NCBI GenBank assembly: GCA_003427395.1
Contig: BFEA01000036.1
Location: forward strand, 682,610-746,609
Direction: 5' to 3'
From: Chara braunii
Lineage: Eukaryota; Plantae; Charophyceae
DNA length: 64,000 nt
Shown: positions 11,320-23,494 of the stretch, in pieces
How positions within the stretch are numbered: position 1 is the first letter of the stretch
Layout: each line of letters starts with the position of its first letter
Translations under genes and position numbers: made by a program
The notes under the pieces: generated by a model
Told to the model about the DNA's origin: nothing
Database searches by the model: none
What the model saw: the letters and a program-made list of their open reading frames with translations, nothing else

Positions 11320-13102
11320 ACAGAAGAGAGAGTCCTTCTTCTTCCTCTTCTAAGTCCACCATCTCCCTCTCACCCTCTCATTATCTGACTTCACAGCAAC
11401 GGCAGTCTACGAGAGGAAAAGACAGAGAGAGTTTGGTGATGTTGGATCCAGACTCGACTTCTTGGCTTCAGACATTTTTTTTGACGAGGGACTGTTTGGG
11501 CCTGTGCCGAAGGCTTGGTGTTGACGACATTCCCATTCTCTCCTCTTCTTCGTCTGATCCCCTCCTTTCGTCTGATCCCATCTTCTTCGTCTGTGTATGG
11601 TTTGGGCTGACGCAGTCTTCATGTGTAAAGCGCCAGACCCCTTCACACCATGGAATGATGATGATGATGCATGCTCGGGANTGCATTACAATATTGGTTG
11701 TTCGGATCATCGATACCAAAGCCTTCCACTACGCTATCTCGTACTTNGCACGAGAGGACGGTTCTCGATCCGGTCTACACTGGTACAGTAGGCGACGAGG
11801 TTGCGCGTGTGTGTGAGGACGAGAAGAGGGAAAGAGCTTGACGATTTTGATCCGGATTCGACCTTGGATTACAAACATAGCGATTGGGGAATATTTGCGA
11901 CTTGTGGCAAAGACTTGGTGTTAACACTCCTCTTCTCCATTTGATCCCCTCCTCGTCGTTTGTACATGATCTGGCACGCCTTGTGATGGGGGTGGTGAAT
12001 GTCTGGTCTGCGTTGAAACTTCGATTGAGCTAGTCNTCAGTGCTCTAGCATNCTGCCTCNCTATNCTGTACTACGTGGTAAANACCGGTTTNGGTCAGAT
12101 CANGATTTATGGCTAAGTCTTCCTTGCGCCATTCAACACCACTGTGTATGTATGGGCANGCTCANTGCTTGTCAAGATTTNGATTACACTGCATTGTCCA
12201 TTCAGTCCTCTTCATCACATAAAAAAAAAAANGAGGANAAGATGATGACGACAGGGCNGTNATGGAGAAGATGATGACGACAGGGCGGTGATGGAGAAGA
12301 TGATGATAACGGGCTGGTGATGANGATGATGACGATTGACGACGATGGCAAATGATGATGATGNTGATGAATGTCGGGTTGACGGTATGGAAGGCAATGA
12401 TGATGATGATGACGCTGATGATGATGTCGGGGGAAGTGATGGTGATGATGATAACGTAAGGGCACTTACCATGGATTGGCGATAGTCTGCACAGGCGCCA
12501 TTTTTCACAGGTTAGTGCCTGACACGAGAGAGGAAGAAAGTTCTTCTTCTTCCTCTTTTCAAAACACGATCTCCCTCTCACTCCCTCAATACCTGACTTC
12601 ACAGCATCAGCGGGCTGTGAGAGAGTGGGCTTGGTGACATCGGAATCCAGGCACAACTTCGGGACTTCGGGCATGGCTGCGAGGGGTTATTTAGGATTGG
12701 TGACAAAGACTTGGTGATGACGACAATCCGATCTCTCCCTCCCTACGTCTTCGTCTGTGCACGAAATGGACCCGAGACCTATTCTTGTGTATAGTGCCAG
12801 GCCCATCACACCGTGTGGTAAGAATGATGTATGCTGGTCTGCTTTGCAACATTGATTGGGCTAGTCATTACTATTCTGAGTATCCTGCTGCGCTATCTTG
12901 CACTGCGTGATAAAGNTCGGTCCCGGTCAGGTTAGGTTCTGTATCTAAGTCTNCCNNTACGCTATCTGTACCATGTATAAGAGGACGGTTCTTGTTCTAA
13001 TCTGCACCTTTACAGCATCGACAACATGTATGTGTGCATAAAGGAGAGAGAAAATGACAAAGAGAGAGAGAGAGAGAGAAGGGGAGAAAGAAGTTGGTGG
13101 TA

Positions 13103-13140
<38 letters not shown>

Positions 13141-13531
13141 AATGATGATGATGTGAGAACACATATCTGACGTTGACGGTGGTCTGCAATGACCGAAATA
13201 CTCAAGTACTCCGGGCTGCCGCAAATGTGAACTGTTGCATTAACCTTTTGTAGTCTGTAGTAGCAGTGTAGGAGTAGGCTGGGCGCTGAGCGCCAAGTGT
13301 ACCTATGAAGGGACGAGAATCTTGTATTGGGAGGAGAATATACTCTCGATGGACATTGGTTTTCAGTACTACGAATCTCCATCGGTGTAGTATTGGTGCA
13401 ATGTTGCTCTTTGGACACAAAGTGGCTATTTGGCTTCAATGTGATGGTGTGATCTGGGATTGACATCTCGCTGTTACTTAATTCCGTTGCGTTTATTATT
13501 ATTTCTGTTTTATCATTATTATTATCATTAC

Positions 13532-13583
<52 letters not shown>

Positions 13584-13955
13584 CACCCATGACCTCGATA
13601 CCCGTGGCGTCTATGCGTTGGAGGGTGTTGTGAAGAAAGAGACGTACCTGGGTCAAGAGGACGTGGGCCTTGGTATAGATATCATCACTCGCTAGTAGTC
13701 AAGATGTCTGATTGCTTCCACGCTGTAGAGTAGATAGGATGCAAGGTCCATTCAAGAGAGAGAGCTACATTGAGTTATGTTGTGGTGTTGCCCGATTGGG
13801 CTTGAACATTGGCTCACGATTCTGCTGAATCGTTCTCAAATGGATGGTTACCCGGCTCCATTGCGCTATCTGCTCTTGCGCTAACTACTTGGACTGCAGC
13901 ATGATTTTGCGATATGGATTTTGGTGCTTCGTTCACATTCACATTTGCTTGCATT

Positions 13956-14015
<60 letters not shown>

Positions 14016-14459
14016 TTACTATTATTATTATTATTTGCATGGCATCTGTGAGTTGGGGGAAGAGGTAATGAGTGAAGAGGAGAAACGTACCTGGGTGAAG
14101 AGGACGTCGGCATGGATGTTGATATCATCACTTGTTGATAGTCAAATTGTTTGCTTGCTATCATACTGTAGTTGTAGTACTAGGTTGTAGAGTTGATAGG
14201 GCGCATGACGTCATTCAGAACAGAGAGCTACACTGGGTTATGATGTTGGTGTTGCCCTGTTGGGCTCGGACATTGAATCACGATTATGCTGTATCATTCT
14301 CAGATGAACGGATACCCGGTTCGATTATACTATCTGTTTCGTGCCTTTACTACTTGGACTTTAGTGTAATTTTGCAAATCTGGATTTTCTGTGCTTCGTC
14401 CGTATTCTTGTTCCTTGCATTATCATTATTGTTATTATTATTATTAATATTATTATTAA

Positions 14460-14519
<60 letters not shown>

Positions 14520-17374
14520 TGTTGTTATGTGCAGTGTGGTTCTTAGGTGCACGTGGGGTNTGTATGGGGGACCAAGGTCGTGAGTGAGGCGAGAGACACA
14601 CCCGGTGTTGGAAGTGTGCGGCATTTGGCCACTATCTGCTCGGACTTCGGGATGACTGCTGACAACACCTCCGACAGTACCGTAGGATGGGCTAGATAGG
14701 ACCTTCCATCTGTAGTCTGGGAGCTGAGCACCTGACAGGGTTTCGACGTTGATTCCGCATTGATAATGATGCAGCTATGCCAACGTTGTCGAATGCGAGT
14801 TTGCTGCTCTCTTACTTGATGGGATTCGCTATACTATTTTGTCGTTGGTTCGAGGCCAAGACTATCTGGTCTCATATTTATGATGCTGTCTGATTGCTGG
14901 AGTTCGTTGTTGCTCAACTTCCTTTGTGTTTATTATTATTATTTTTGTTATTATTACTATTATTATTATTATTATTACTAAAAATCAGACTTGCTTCGAT
15001 CCCAACTTTCATGCATGCGAAACGGTAGCTCGGCGAACTGGCGACATGCGCCCACTCAAAGATATGGCTTCCGGATACAAGTTCCCTTCTAATTGACTAT
15101 GGCAACTTAGCGCCCAAACAACCCTCTGTTGCATACGCCGGATCACCCTAGGTGTCCCGCTATGCTACTTGCTATGCACGCAAAGAGAGAGAACAGACAA
15201 ATCAGATTGAGCATACAAACAAACTGGGCAGACACGTGGATGAACTGTAACGCAGATACAGTGACCCGGACGCATATACAGCAATGCTCTCGCACGGTGA
15301 CAGGTGCGCATACGTAGTAGGACAAGCACACGCACGGTCGGAGTCACATGATCGTTGTGACACGTACACAAGTGACACAGGGGCGACCAGACAAACAAAC
15401 AGACGCGCACGTACAACAACGCACGCTCAGTCGCGCCGCTCAGTCACACTGAGTGACACACACGGGCCTCTGGTGCATGTGGTCTCAGGCGGTACCTGCT
15501 GGTATGGACCAGGACTGATTGGACTTGAACTACTGACTCTGCTGGGACCGGCTAGAAGGCCGGGGAATTTGGCTTTCGGTCCAGCCGTGGCTATGACTGT
15601 GGCCCTTCAGGACTGAACCACATAGGCAGTCGACATTTGGCTTGATGATGGGAATGAGACTATTTCTGGGTTGCCACTTATGAGCTTCTGCTGCGTTCTA
15701 ATTTGGTGGGACTCACACTGCAAATCTGCTGATTGGTCGAGGTCACGACTATCTGGGCTTATGAATGTGATACTGTTTGATTGATGAAGTTCGCTGTTGC
15801 TTATCTTTTATTTGGGTAATTAGACTCGTTCACACATCTTATGTATGTAAACAGCAGCGCAGCGAACAGACAACATGCGCCCACTCAGATACTCAGAGAT
15901 AAAGGTTCCAGGCAAGAATTCACTCTCAACTGGCCGTAACGATTCAGCATCCACACAAACAACTGTGTACACACACGCTCCCCGCCTGCTATTGCTATGG
16001 CAGCCGTGACTGCCTCCGCTCAGTCACTACGACTGCATCCCTCACCTTTCCTACCTGTCGAGTCCTACGGGCTCGCTGCGGGCCTCCTCGCACATAACAT
16101 TAAGACAGCGCCCCTCATGGCTTCCGCAATGAAAAGGATGACAGGTTGGGCGCTGCCTGTGGGGTAGGGGGCTGGCGGCCATGGCTTGGCTGCCTGTGTG
16201 CGCAGAGGGGTAAAGGCTGTTGCATGGGTTATCAAGGGAGAGCGTAGGTAGGAAGAGAGATATACCTGGGTAGGGAAGAGGTCGGTATGGGCGCTGAAGA
16301 CGTCACTCGCTAAAAATCTAGAATATTAGGAAGTAAGGGCATTCGGGCGCCGTTCAAAGAGGGAGAACTGCGTCGGGTTAACGCTGATGATTGCCCGATC
16401 AGGCTATAGGCATCGACTTGTGTTTGTTGTCCCAGTTTCAAATGGATGGTTACTCGGTCCATTATGATATCCGCTCTTGCTTTGAAAACTTGGGCTACAG
16501 CGTGATTCTGCGAGATGAATTATGTGCTACGTCCACATGCATATTTTTATTATTACTTTTCTATTATTATTATCATTATTATTATGATATTATTATTATT
16601 ATTACTATTCTGATTGTTACTGTGTAGTCAGACTTACTTTCATTCACGCCTCTCAGGCACATAACTAGTAACAGGCAGACTACATGTGTCGCTCAAAGCT
16701 CAGAGATATGACGTCCGGGTACGGGCCCATTTCCAATTGGCTATGGTGACTCAGTATCCAGACACCTCCTTGCTCATGTAGCTGCAACAGCGCTTCCGCA
16801 TGGCTTCCGCATGAATGAATGAAAGGCTGGGTGCAGCCTCTTGAATTATACTTTTGTGATGCGTTGGTCTGACCTGTAACCCTGGCCCATGGTACACACG
16901 GTCCCAGACGGTACTTGCTTGACTGGACTGGACTGGACTGGGTGGACTAGGACTGCTGACTGTACGAGGTGGGCTCCCACCACTTGACCACTTGCCTCTG
17001 CCTAACGTAGGCTGATTCCGGATGGCCACTTCTATCTTGGCCTTTCGGTACTGTAGCAGCTACGACTTGCCTTATTACGTAGGTAGCAGCTACGACCTTG
17101 ACCCTTCAGACAATCTACAACCACTGCCTCTGGGCTATCTAAACTCCTACCCGACAGGTCTACAGTTCGAGTCTCTTCTACCCTGCGACCTACGAAATCC
17201 TACCTACCACTGACCGTCCTACAGGATGTAGGTTCAAAATCTACAGGTTGACACAGTTACTGTACACAGGTAAGGTAGGGAAAATAAGGGAGCAAGTCCT
17301 GGGATCTGCATTTGCAACTGCAAATTGGTGAATACCGTTTCAAAAATTCATGTTTTAGCACTTATTATTAATTG

Positions 17375-17406
<32 letters not shown>

Positions 17407-19317
17407 GATTATTACTATGGTTATTATTATTATTATTATTGAGCAAATCAGACGCATCTCATCCACACTTTTCATGTGTGTAAACAGCAGCGCGCTAGCA
17501 TCGTGTCCGCCCTAAGTGAAGGCGGGCCAGACATATGACCACCCTGAGTAAAGGCTGGTCAGAATACCTGCAATCGGGCTTCTTCCAACAATTTGTAGAG
17601 TGGGTATCCGATGGTCGCAGCACGCCGGTTGGTTGGATTGCGTCGTGGACCCCAGACTCCTGCAAAGAAGCAGTTGAGCCCAGGGCCTCAGTTAATTGTG
17701 CCCTCGGCGCGGGCCAGGACAAGCCAACGCGTCACGCATTGGACGCTCCGAACGCAGCATTATCATTGTAAAGCCAAGCGTACCAAAGGGGAACCGGAAA
17801 GGGTCTGGATATGGACAGTGGCCCTGAGCCAAGGGGCACGACCATACAGCCTGGGCCGCATCTGGGTTGGGCCTGGGCGCAGAGTCTGGGTTTGAAACGC
17901 AGGCTCAAGGCTGGCCGCTCACACACAGCACTGGCATATAGGCAAAAAATGCTAGTGAGCAGGGGTCTTGGCCAATGCGGGCAATGCTGGCACGCTCGGT
18001 GAATGCAAGCTGCTATGCTGTGCATGGCTGCGCTGCACTAGGATGAGGCAGGCTAGCACTAGGATGTAGGGCGCTGCCTGCACACAAGGGCACTTACGGC
18101 CATAGCCAGGCCGCATGAGGGTGCAGTGGAGGTGAAGGGCGTTGTGTGAGTCATCAAGGAAGAGTGTGGGTGAATAGAGGATGTACCTTGTAGAAGAGGG
18201 ACTCGACAGTGATATTGACGTCTTCACTTGCTGATCGTCAAAATTGTCTGATTGCTCCCCTGTTATAGCTGTGGTAATGGATTGTAGAGTAGAGGAGGCA
18301 TCGGGCGCCATTTCGGAGAAAGAACTAAGTTGAGTTATGCTGTTGGTACTGCCCGAATGGGCTTGGGCATTGACTCAAGACTCTACTGTTTCGTTCTCAA
18401 ATGGATGTTTACTCAGTTCCCTGTGCTGTCTACTCTGGCTTTGACTACTTGGACTGCAGTATGATGCTGCGATTTGGATTACTGGGCTTCGTCCGCATTC
18501 ATGACCCTTGCATTTTCTTTTTTTTATTTATTATTATTGTTATTATATTATCAAACTCGCTCATCTACACTTTTCATGCATAGAAATGGCAGCACAACAA
18601 ACCGGCAATGTACGCCCGCACAATGCTAAGAAATATGGAAACCAGACAAGAATTCACTTTCAATGGCTGCAGCGACACTGCACCCAACATCACACTGTGC
18701 AGATACACTGGACCATCCTGAACGTCTTGCGCGTGATGCTGTACACTCACACAGCACGCATGCCACTGAACACTCTGGGCATCCGCTGAGCACTGTTGCC
18801 TAAGGCACTGTAGCAGCACTTCCTCATGGCTCCGCAGGAACGAGTGAAGACACAGCCTGTGACGGACGCAGCAATACGCAGAGAAAGACACATACGCACC
18901 AAGAGTGAGACAGTCTGAGAGAGAGAAAATAAAGAAAAGAGGGAAGAGAAAGCGTACCGACTTACGATTGCAGTCCGCACTAGTAGTGACATCATATAGA
19001 TGGGACTTCACTATCGCAGTAGGCCTGTTGCGTGAGTGCAAGTATAGGAGGGTAGGCAAGATGTATAAATTGGGCATTGGGCGCCAGACATAGAAGAGCG
19101 ATCATGAATAGTGAGTTGGTATAGGCCTGAGGGCTTGAACATTGGCTCATTACTCTATTAAATTGCTCGGTTTGGATGAAGGTTGAGTACCATGATGTTT
19201 GTTGCTGGTATATTCCTGCTCAGACACCTATGTGATCTCACGACCCGGGTTTGGATATCATTTCGCTCTTATGTTTCTTGTTATTATTATTATTATTATG
19301 ATTATTATTATTATTAC

Positions 19318-19393
<76 letters not shown>

Positions 19394-19400
19394 TGTTATT
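11320..19400. repeat. Array of diverged ~400-bp modules separated by (TTA)n and (GAT)n microsatellites
   Basis: Module starting ACGTACCTGGG and containing TTCTCAAATGGATG..TACTTGGACTGCAG recurs at ~13640, 14085, 16260 and 18180. A second module (AACAGCAGC..CATGCGCCCACTCA..AGATATGG) recurs at ~15020, 15850, 16670 and 18585. 11325-11700 resembles 12530-12850. Confidence 0.8.
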
Positions 19401-20189
19401 ATTATTTATATCACTTGAGATCACATGCTAGGATATGAATCAGAATCGGACAGGGGTGCGAGGCAACAGAGCGAAGGAGGGGCGCCAACAAGTATGATGG
19501 CTCTTGCATCCTTCATCCTCCTTCGCTTTCCCATGCCTACACCCCACACAAGCACACAACCATCTTCAAGTGACATGAGTAGACATAGTATTTTCCGATG
19601 GCTTAATGAGATCAGTATTCATGCACACAGGACTTCCATTCCTCAATTGATCCATGTAATAGGGCGATTGCAGGAGCTCTGTCGGAGTTCAGGCGAAACT
19701 CTGGAAGCAGGGAACGACAAGGTACGTTACTTCAACCCAGATGCTGTCTCATACAGGCAATCATCGTAAAAATAATCATAAGGGTTAGGGATTCGAAATC
19801 AATAACTCTTCAGGTCTTGGATAGAGAAAAGTTGGCTGAATGTGGAACTGATTGCTTCTGGATACAACAATCTTGTTGTGGGCGCTGATTGGAGGTAAGG
19901 ATACAAACTATCATACCTCTCGTGATCATCTTCTCTATATCCCATTCAAACAGATGATGGGTGCTTTGATTTGAGTTGCCATAATCAACCGTCATAGATC
20001 ACGTCGATCATCTTGCTCATTATACATTTGATCCAGCAATAAGTCTCCAAACTAACAACGATTCAGGGCTCGAATGCCATCAAAGGCGATGACTTGAGCT
20101 ATAGGTAAGACTTGCCTGGAGGTAAGAATAGCAGGGAAAGNCTGCCTTAACTCCAGATGAGCCTTTCGCTTGGTCAGTGGTAAGTGCAG

Positions 20190-20985
20190 GGGCCCTTGGG
20201 CACCCGCCTTATTGAGGGATAGCCACTGATAAGAGTAGCAGGGGAATTCTGTCTTATCAGTGACTAGTCTGATATAAGAGTTGTGAGGTTTCAANNNNNN
20301 NNNNNNNNNNNNNNNNNNNNNNNNNNNNNNNNNNNNNNNNNNNNNNNNNNNNNNNNNNNNNNNNNNNNNNNNNNNNNNNNNNNNNNNNNNNNNNNNNNNN
20401 NNNNNNNNNNNNNNNNNNNNNNNNNNNNNNNNNNGATATAAGAGTTGGGAGGTTCCAAGGACACCTGCCTTATCACCGATTAAACCTAACATCTTTCAAT
20501 GGTAAGAGTAAGCAAGGATCCTTGGGCACCCGCCTTATTGAGGACTAGCCACTGGTNAGAATAGCAGGGGAATCCTGTCTTTTNAGCGACTAGCCTGACA
20601 TAAGAGTTGTGAAGTTTCNAGGACACCTGCCTTATCATTNATCAAACCTNACATTCATTCAGTGGTAAGAGTAGTAAGGATCATTGGGCACCCGTCTTAT
20701 TGAGGGCTAGCCAGCGATAAGAGTAGCAAGGGAATCCTGTCTTATNAGTGACTAGTCTGATATAAGAGTAGCGAGGTTTCAANGACACCTGCCTTATCAA
20801 TAAACATCNTAGGGCTTAGTCAGTGATAAGAGTAGTAANGATCCTTGGGTACCCGCCTTATTGAGGGNCNGTCANTGATAAGAGTANCANGGGAATCCTG
20901 TCTTATCAGTGACTAATCCAATANAAGAAGTAGCGAGGTTTCAAGGACACNTGCCTTATCAGTGNCTAGCAATNGGATAAGCCTA
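20190..20985. repeat. Higher-order tandem repeat, ~163-bp unit of three ~54-bp hairpin subunits
   Basis: GGGCACCCGCCTTATTGAGG-like motif at ~20198, 20524, 20686 and 20847. Subunits CCTGYCTTATCA...TGATAAGAGTAGCA. Spans an N gap. Confidence 0.85.
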
Positions 20986-23494
20986 CCGCNAAAATGTGNT
21001 TGGCACACAGGGGCCAANGCCCACTGAGTTGCCTTTGTCCAACAAAGCTCCAGTAACAANTGGATATATCATANATCCTGAATGGTCTACCATGCCACCG
21101 CTAACTTTCTCCACCCTTAGCATTGTTCAGTCCCAACTAACTATCTCTGATTCTACTGGAAGGGGATAAGTGGGACCTTACCTCAGAGAGAGACAGTCCA
21201 TTTATCTGATTCCTTCCATGAGATTCTTTTCCACATGATGGATTGGTGATGTGTTCATGTGTGATGGGAGAAGGAAGAGAACTCAGACAAGATAATCCCA
21301 AAAAGGGATAAGAATGAGATAGTGATGGTATGTGAAGAGTTGCCGTGACAGTAAAAGGGGAGTGAATTATTATTCACTACCTGAAGCGGAATGGGCAACA
21401 GCCCAAACAATTAGTTAAGAATAATAGGAGTCAGACAGGAACAAAGAGTCTAGAAGGATCTTTCTAGATCTCAGCTAGGAAGAGAGATGTTAAGATTCTC
21501 TTGGACTGTGTTGTGTCTACAGGTTTCGACACTTCGGAGAACTTACGGAAAATCCGTAAGAGCAGCAATTTTGTTATCACTGGATAACAGGTCGGTAGAA
21601 CTCCGACTCAACTTCCACCCATGGCTTGACACTCACACCTAAGACAAGACTTAAGAAGGGAACAGATAAATCTTCCCCTTGTATCTATGCCTAAATTATC
21701 CAAATCACACTCAGGAGTCTTCAAAATGTGTGGGGCTGGGGTAAAATGGAGTCAGGGTTAGGAAGGAATGTTGTTTTCAAGGGTTTGGGGCGTGAGTGAT
21801 ATGCTGTGAGTGGGTTAAAGGTTGACACTCGTAGCGCATTCTGTGTCTGCATTTGTATGTGTGTATGTGTTTTTCTGCATTTGCGCAGGTGTTGGACATT
21901 TGTACTGTCTCCTGAGTTTGGGATCTTCTGAAAATTCGGGTAAAGGGACACGACAATCGTGAAAGTGAGGTCCACCGCTCAGTCAGTTCCCCTGATTTAC
22001 ATACATATATCTATATATACTTCTGAATGGGATCGTAGGCTAGTCGGTACTTAGAAAGTCATTTTATTTGGGACTTCTTTTAAGAAGTTCTTTTGAGAAG
22101 AATGAGAGATTACTAAAGGCTTGACTCTGACATTTTTATAAGGTCAACAAAGGAAACATAGAATTATTGTCATAGTTAGCTAAGCATGGAAGACTATCCG
22201 AGAAGTCGACCTGATTAGATAGTCGGTCCGGAGAGTTAGCACCTCGGGGCTCGACATACGGGTCAGTCTTAAGGCGTTCTACCGCGCGTATGCCTATGCT
22301 ACGGCGATCGAGAAAAAGCCCTCGGCTGGCCTACCTCTGCGTTTGCATGTAAAAGCCTTCGTATGTGAGTCAGTAGCTCAGCAGAGATACGCCCACCTAA
22401 GGGATGGTGACAGCTCCCGCAGGTGGAGGTAATGTTGTACCTCGCGGGATCCCTAACCTGTCGTAGGGAGTCGCGAGAGGTATAGCACGCGCGCACGGTC
22501 GGAGTTGGTATTGCGTAAAGTAACAAAAGGAAACTCCTGCGTGACACGACCGTGAGGTCCGACACCAAAAACTACTCTGCGTATGGGTGTGGGACCGCCG
22601 CGCGCGACTGCGTGCTCGCAAGCGCCAAGGCCAAGGCCGCCGCACGCGTTCCCGTCACGCGCCCATGCTGCCCCGCTCTCGGATATATATTATATCAAGA
22701 TCTGGGATGCTGCTAGTGCCAGAGTTTGAACATGGGCAGCAAATACTCATGCTCGTGTGTAGCTAGTGTCTTAACACACTGGACAAAGTCACAATCTAAG
22801 TTTAGATTGTGGCACGTTGGTGTTGAAAAAGTGTCACGGCAACTATTTACCCTGCCCCGTCAGCGTGAGGTGAGCAACGAGTGCCAAGGCAACCCCCCCC
22901 CCCCCCCCCCACGGGGCGGGTGTGAGTGCTGCTGCTTGCGCACGTGGCTGGTAGCTGGTGGCTATATGCAGTGCGACGTGGCAGCTTGTTGAGGATCTGG
23001 AAGACCCCCCTGGCTAGGGGGCTGCACTACAGTGAAATCTGTGGCTGATCAAAATCTCAGCCAACCACAAATTATCAACATCATTTTTTTTTTTGTCGAG
23101 GCAGCAGGCCAGCAACATCTTGAAGGCCAGGATCTGTGGATCTTGGTAGACCTCTGCTCGTGGTCATCCAAGAGCCTGATATCACCCTTCTACCACTAAC
23201 CTACTATCCCCCAATCCTTCTTCACTCATCTTTTTCTTTTTCTCTCCTCTCCTCCCCACTCACCATCTTCTAGTAATCGCATCTACTCCTCCCCACCTTT
23301 TCCATATCCTTCTCTCCCATTCTACCACCCTCCTCTCCCCCTTCCCTCCCCCAACTACAACCCCATAATCTCCCCCATCTCCCACTTTACTTTTTCTTTC
23401 TCTTCTCACCTATTACTCTCCTGCCTCCCCCTGTCGGGCACCCTGGACCCAAACGGTTCCTCTCCCCTCGACGAGATTCGCACTACCATCTCAC

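Larger units (their letters stand above)
1..22564 (+). mobile_element. Ty3/Gypsy LTR retrotransposon A (non-chromoviral), 5' end outside window, inactivated by stops
   Basis: Domain order zinc knuckle-PR-RT-RNaseH-INT. 3' LTR starts TGTCGGAC at 9154 and a matching GTCCGACA ends at 22564. Extent beyond ~10.1 kb rests on homology of 22280-22564 to the end of the element B LTR. Confidence 0.85.
9154..22564 (+). repeat. 3' LTR of element A (apparent 13.4 kb, with internal repeats and an N gap)
   Basis: 8-bp terminal inverted repeat TGTCGGAC...GTCCGACA. Start resembles 50519, 63538 and 35107. Last ~280 bp homologous to 55020-55320. Confidence 0.65.

Noticed and set aside
12945-14624. Poly-Asn/Ile/Tyr/Leu ORFs, and ER/SL/HT-repeat ORFs elsewhere
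   Set aside because: They are translations of microsatellites or run through N gaps.
20190-20985. CRISPR-like array
   Set aside because: The spacers recur periodically, there are no cas genes, and the context is a eukaryotic LTR.
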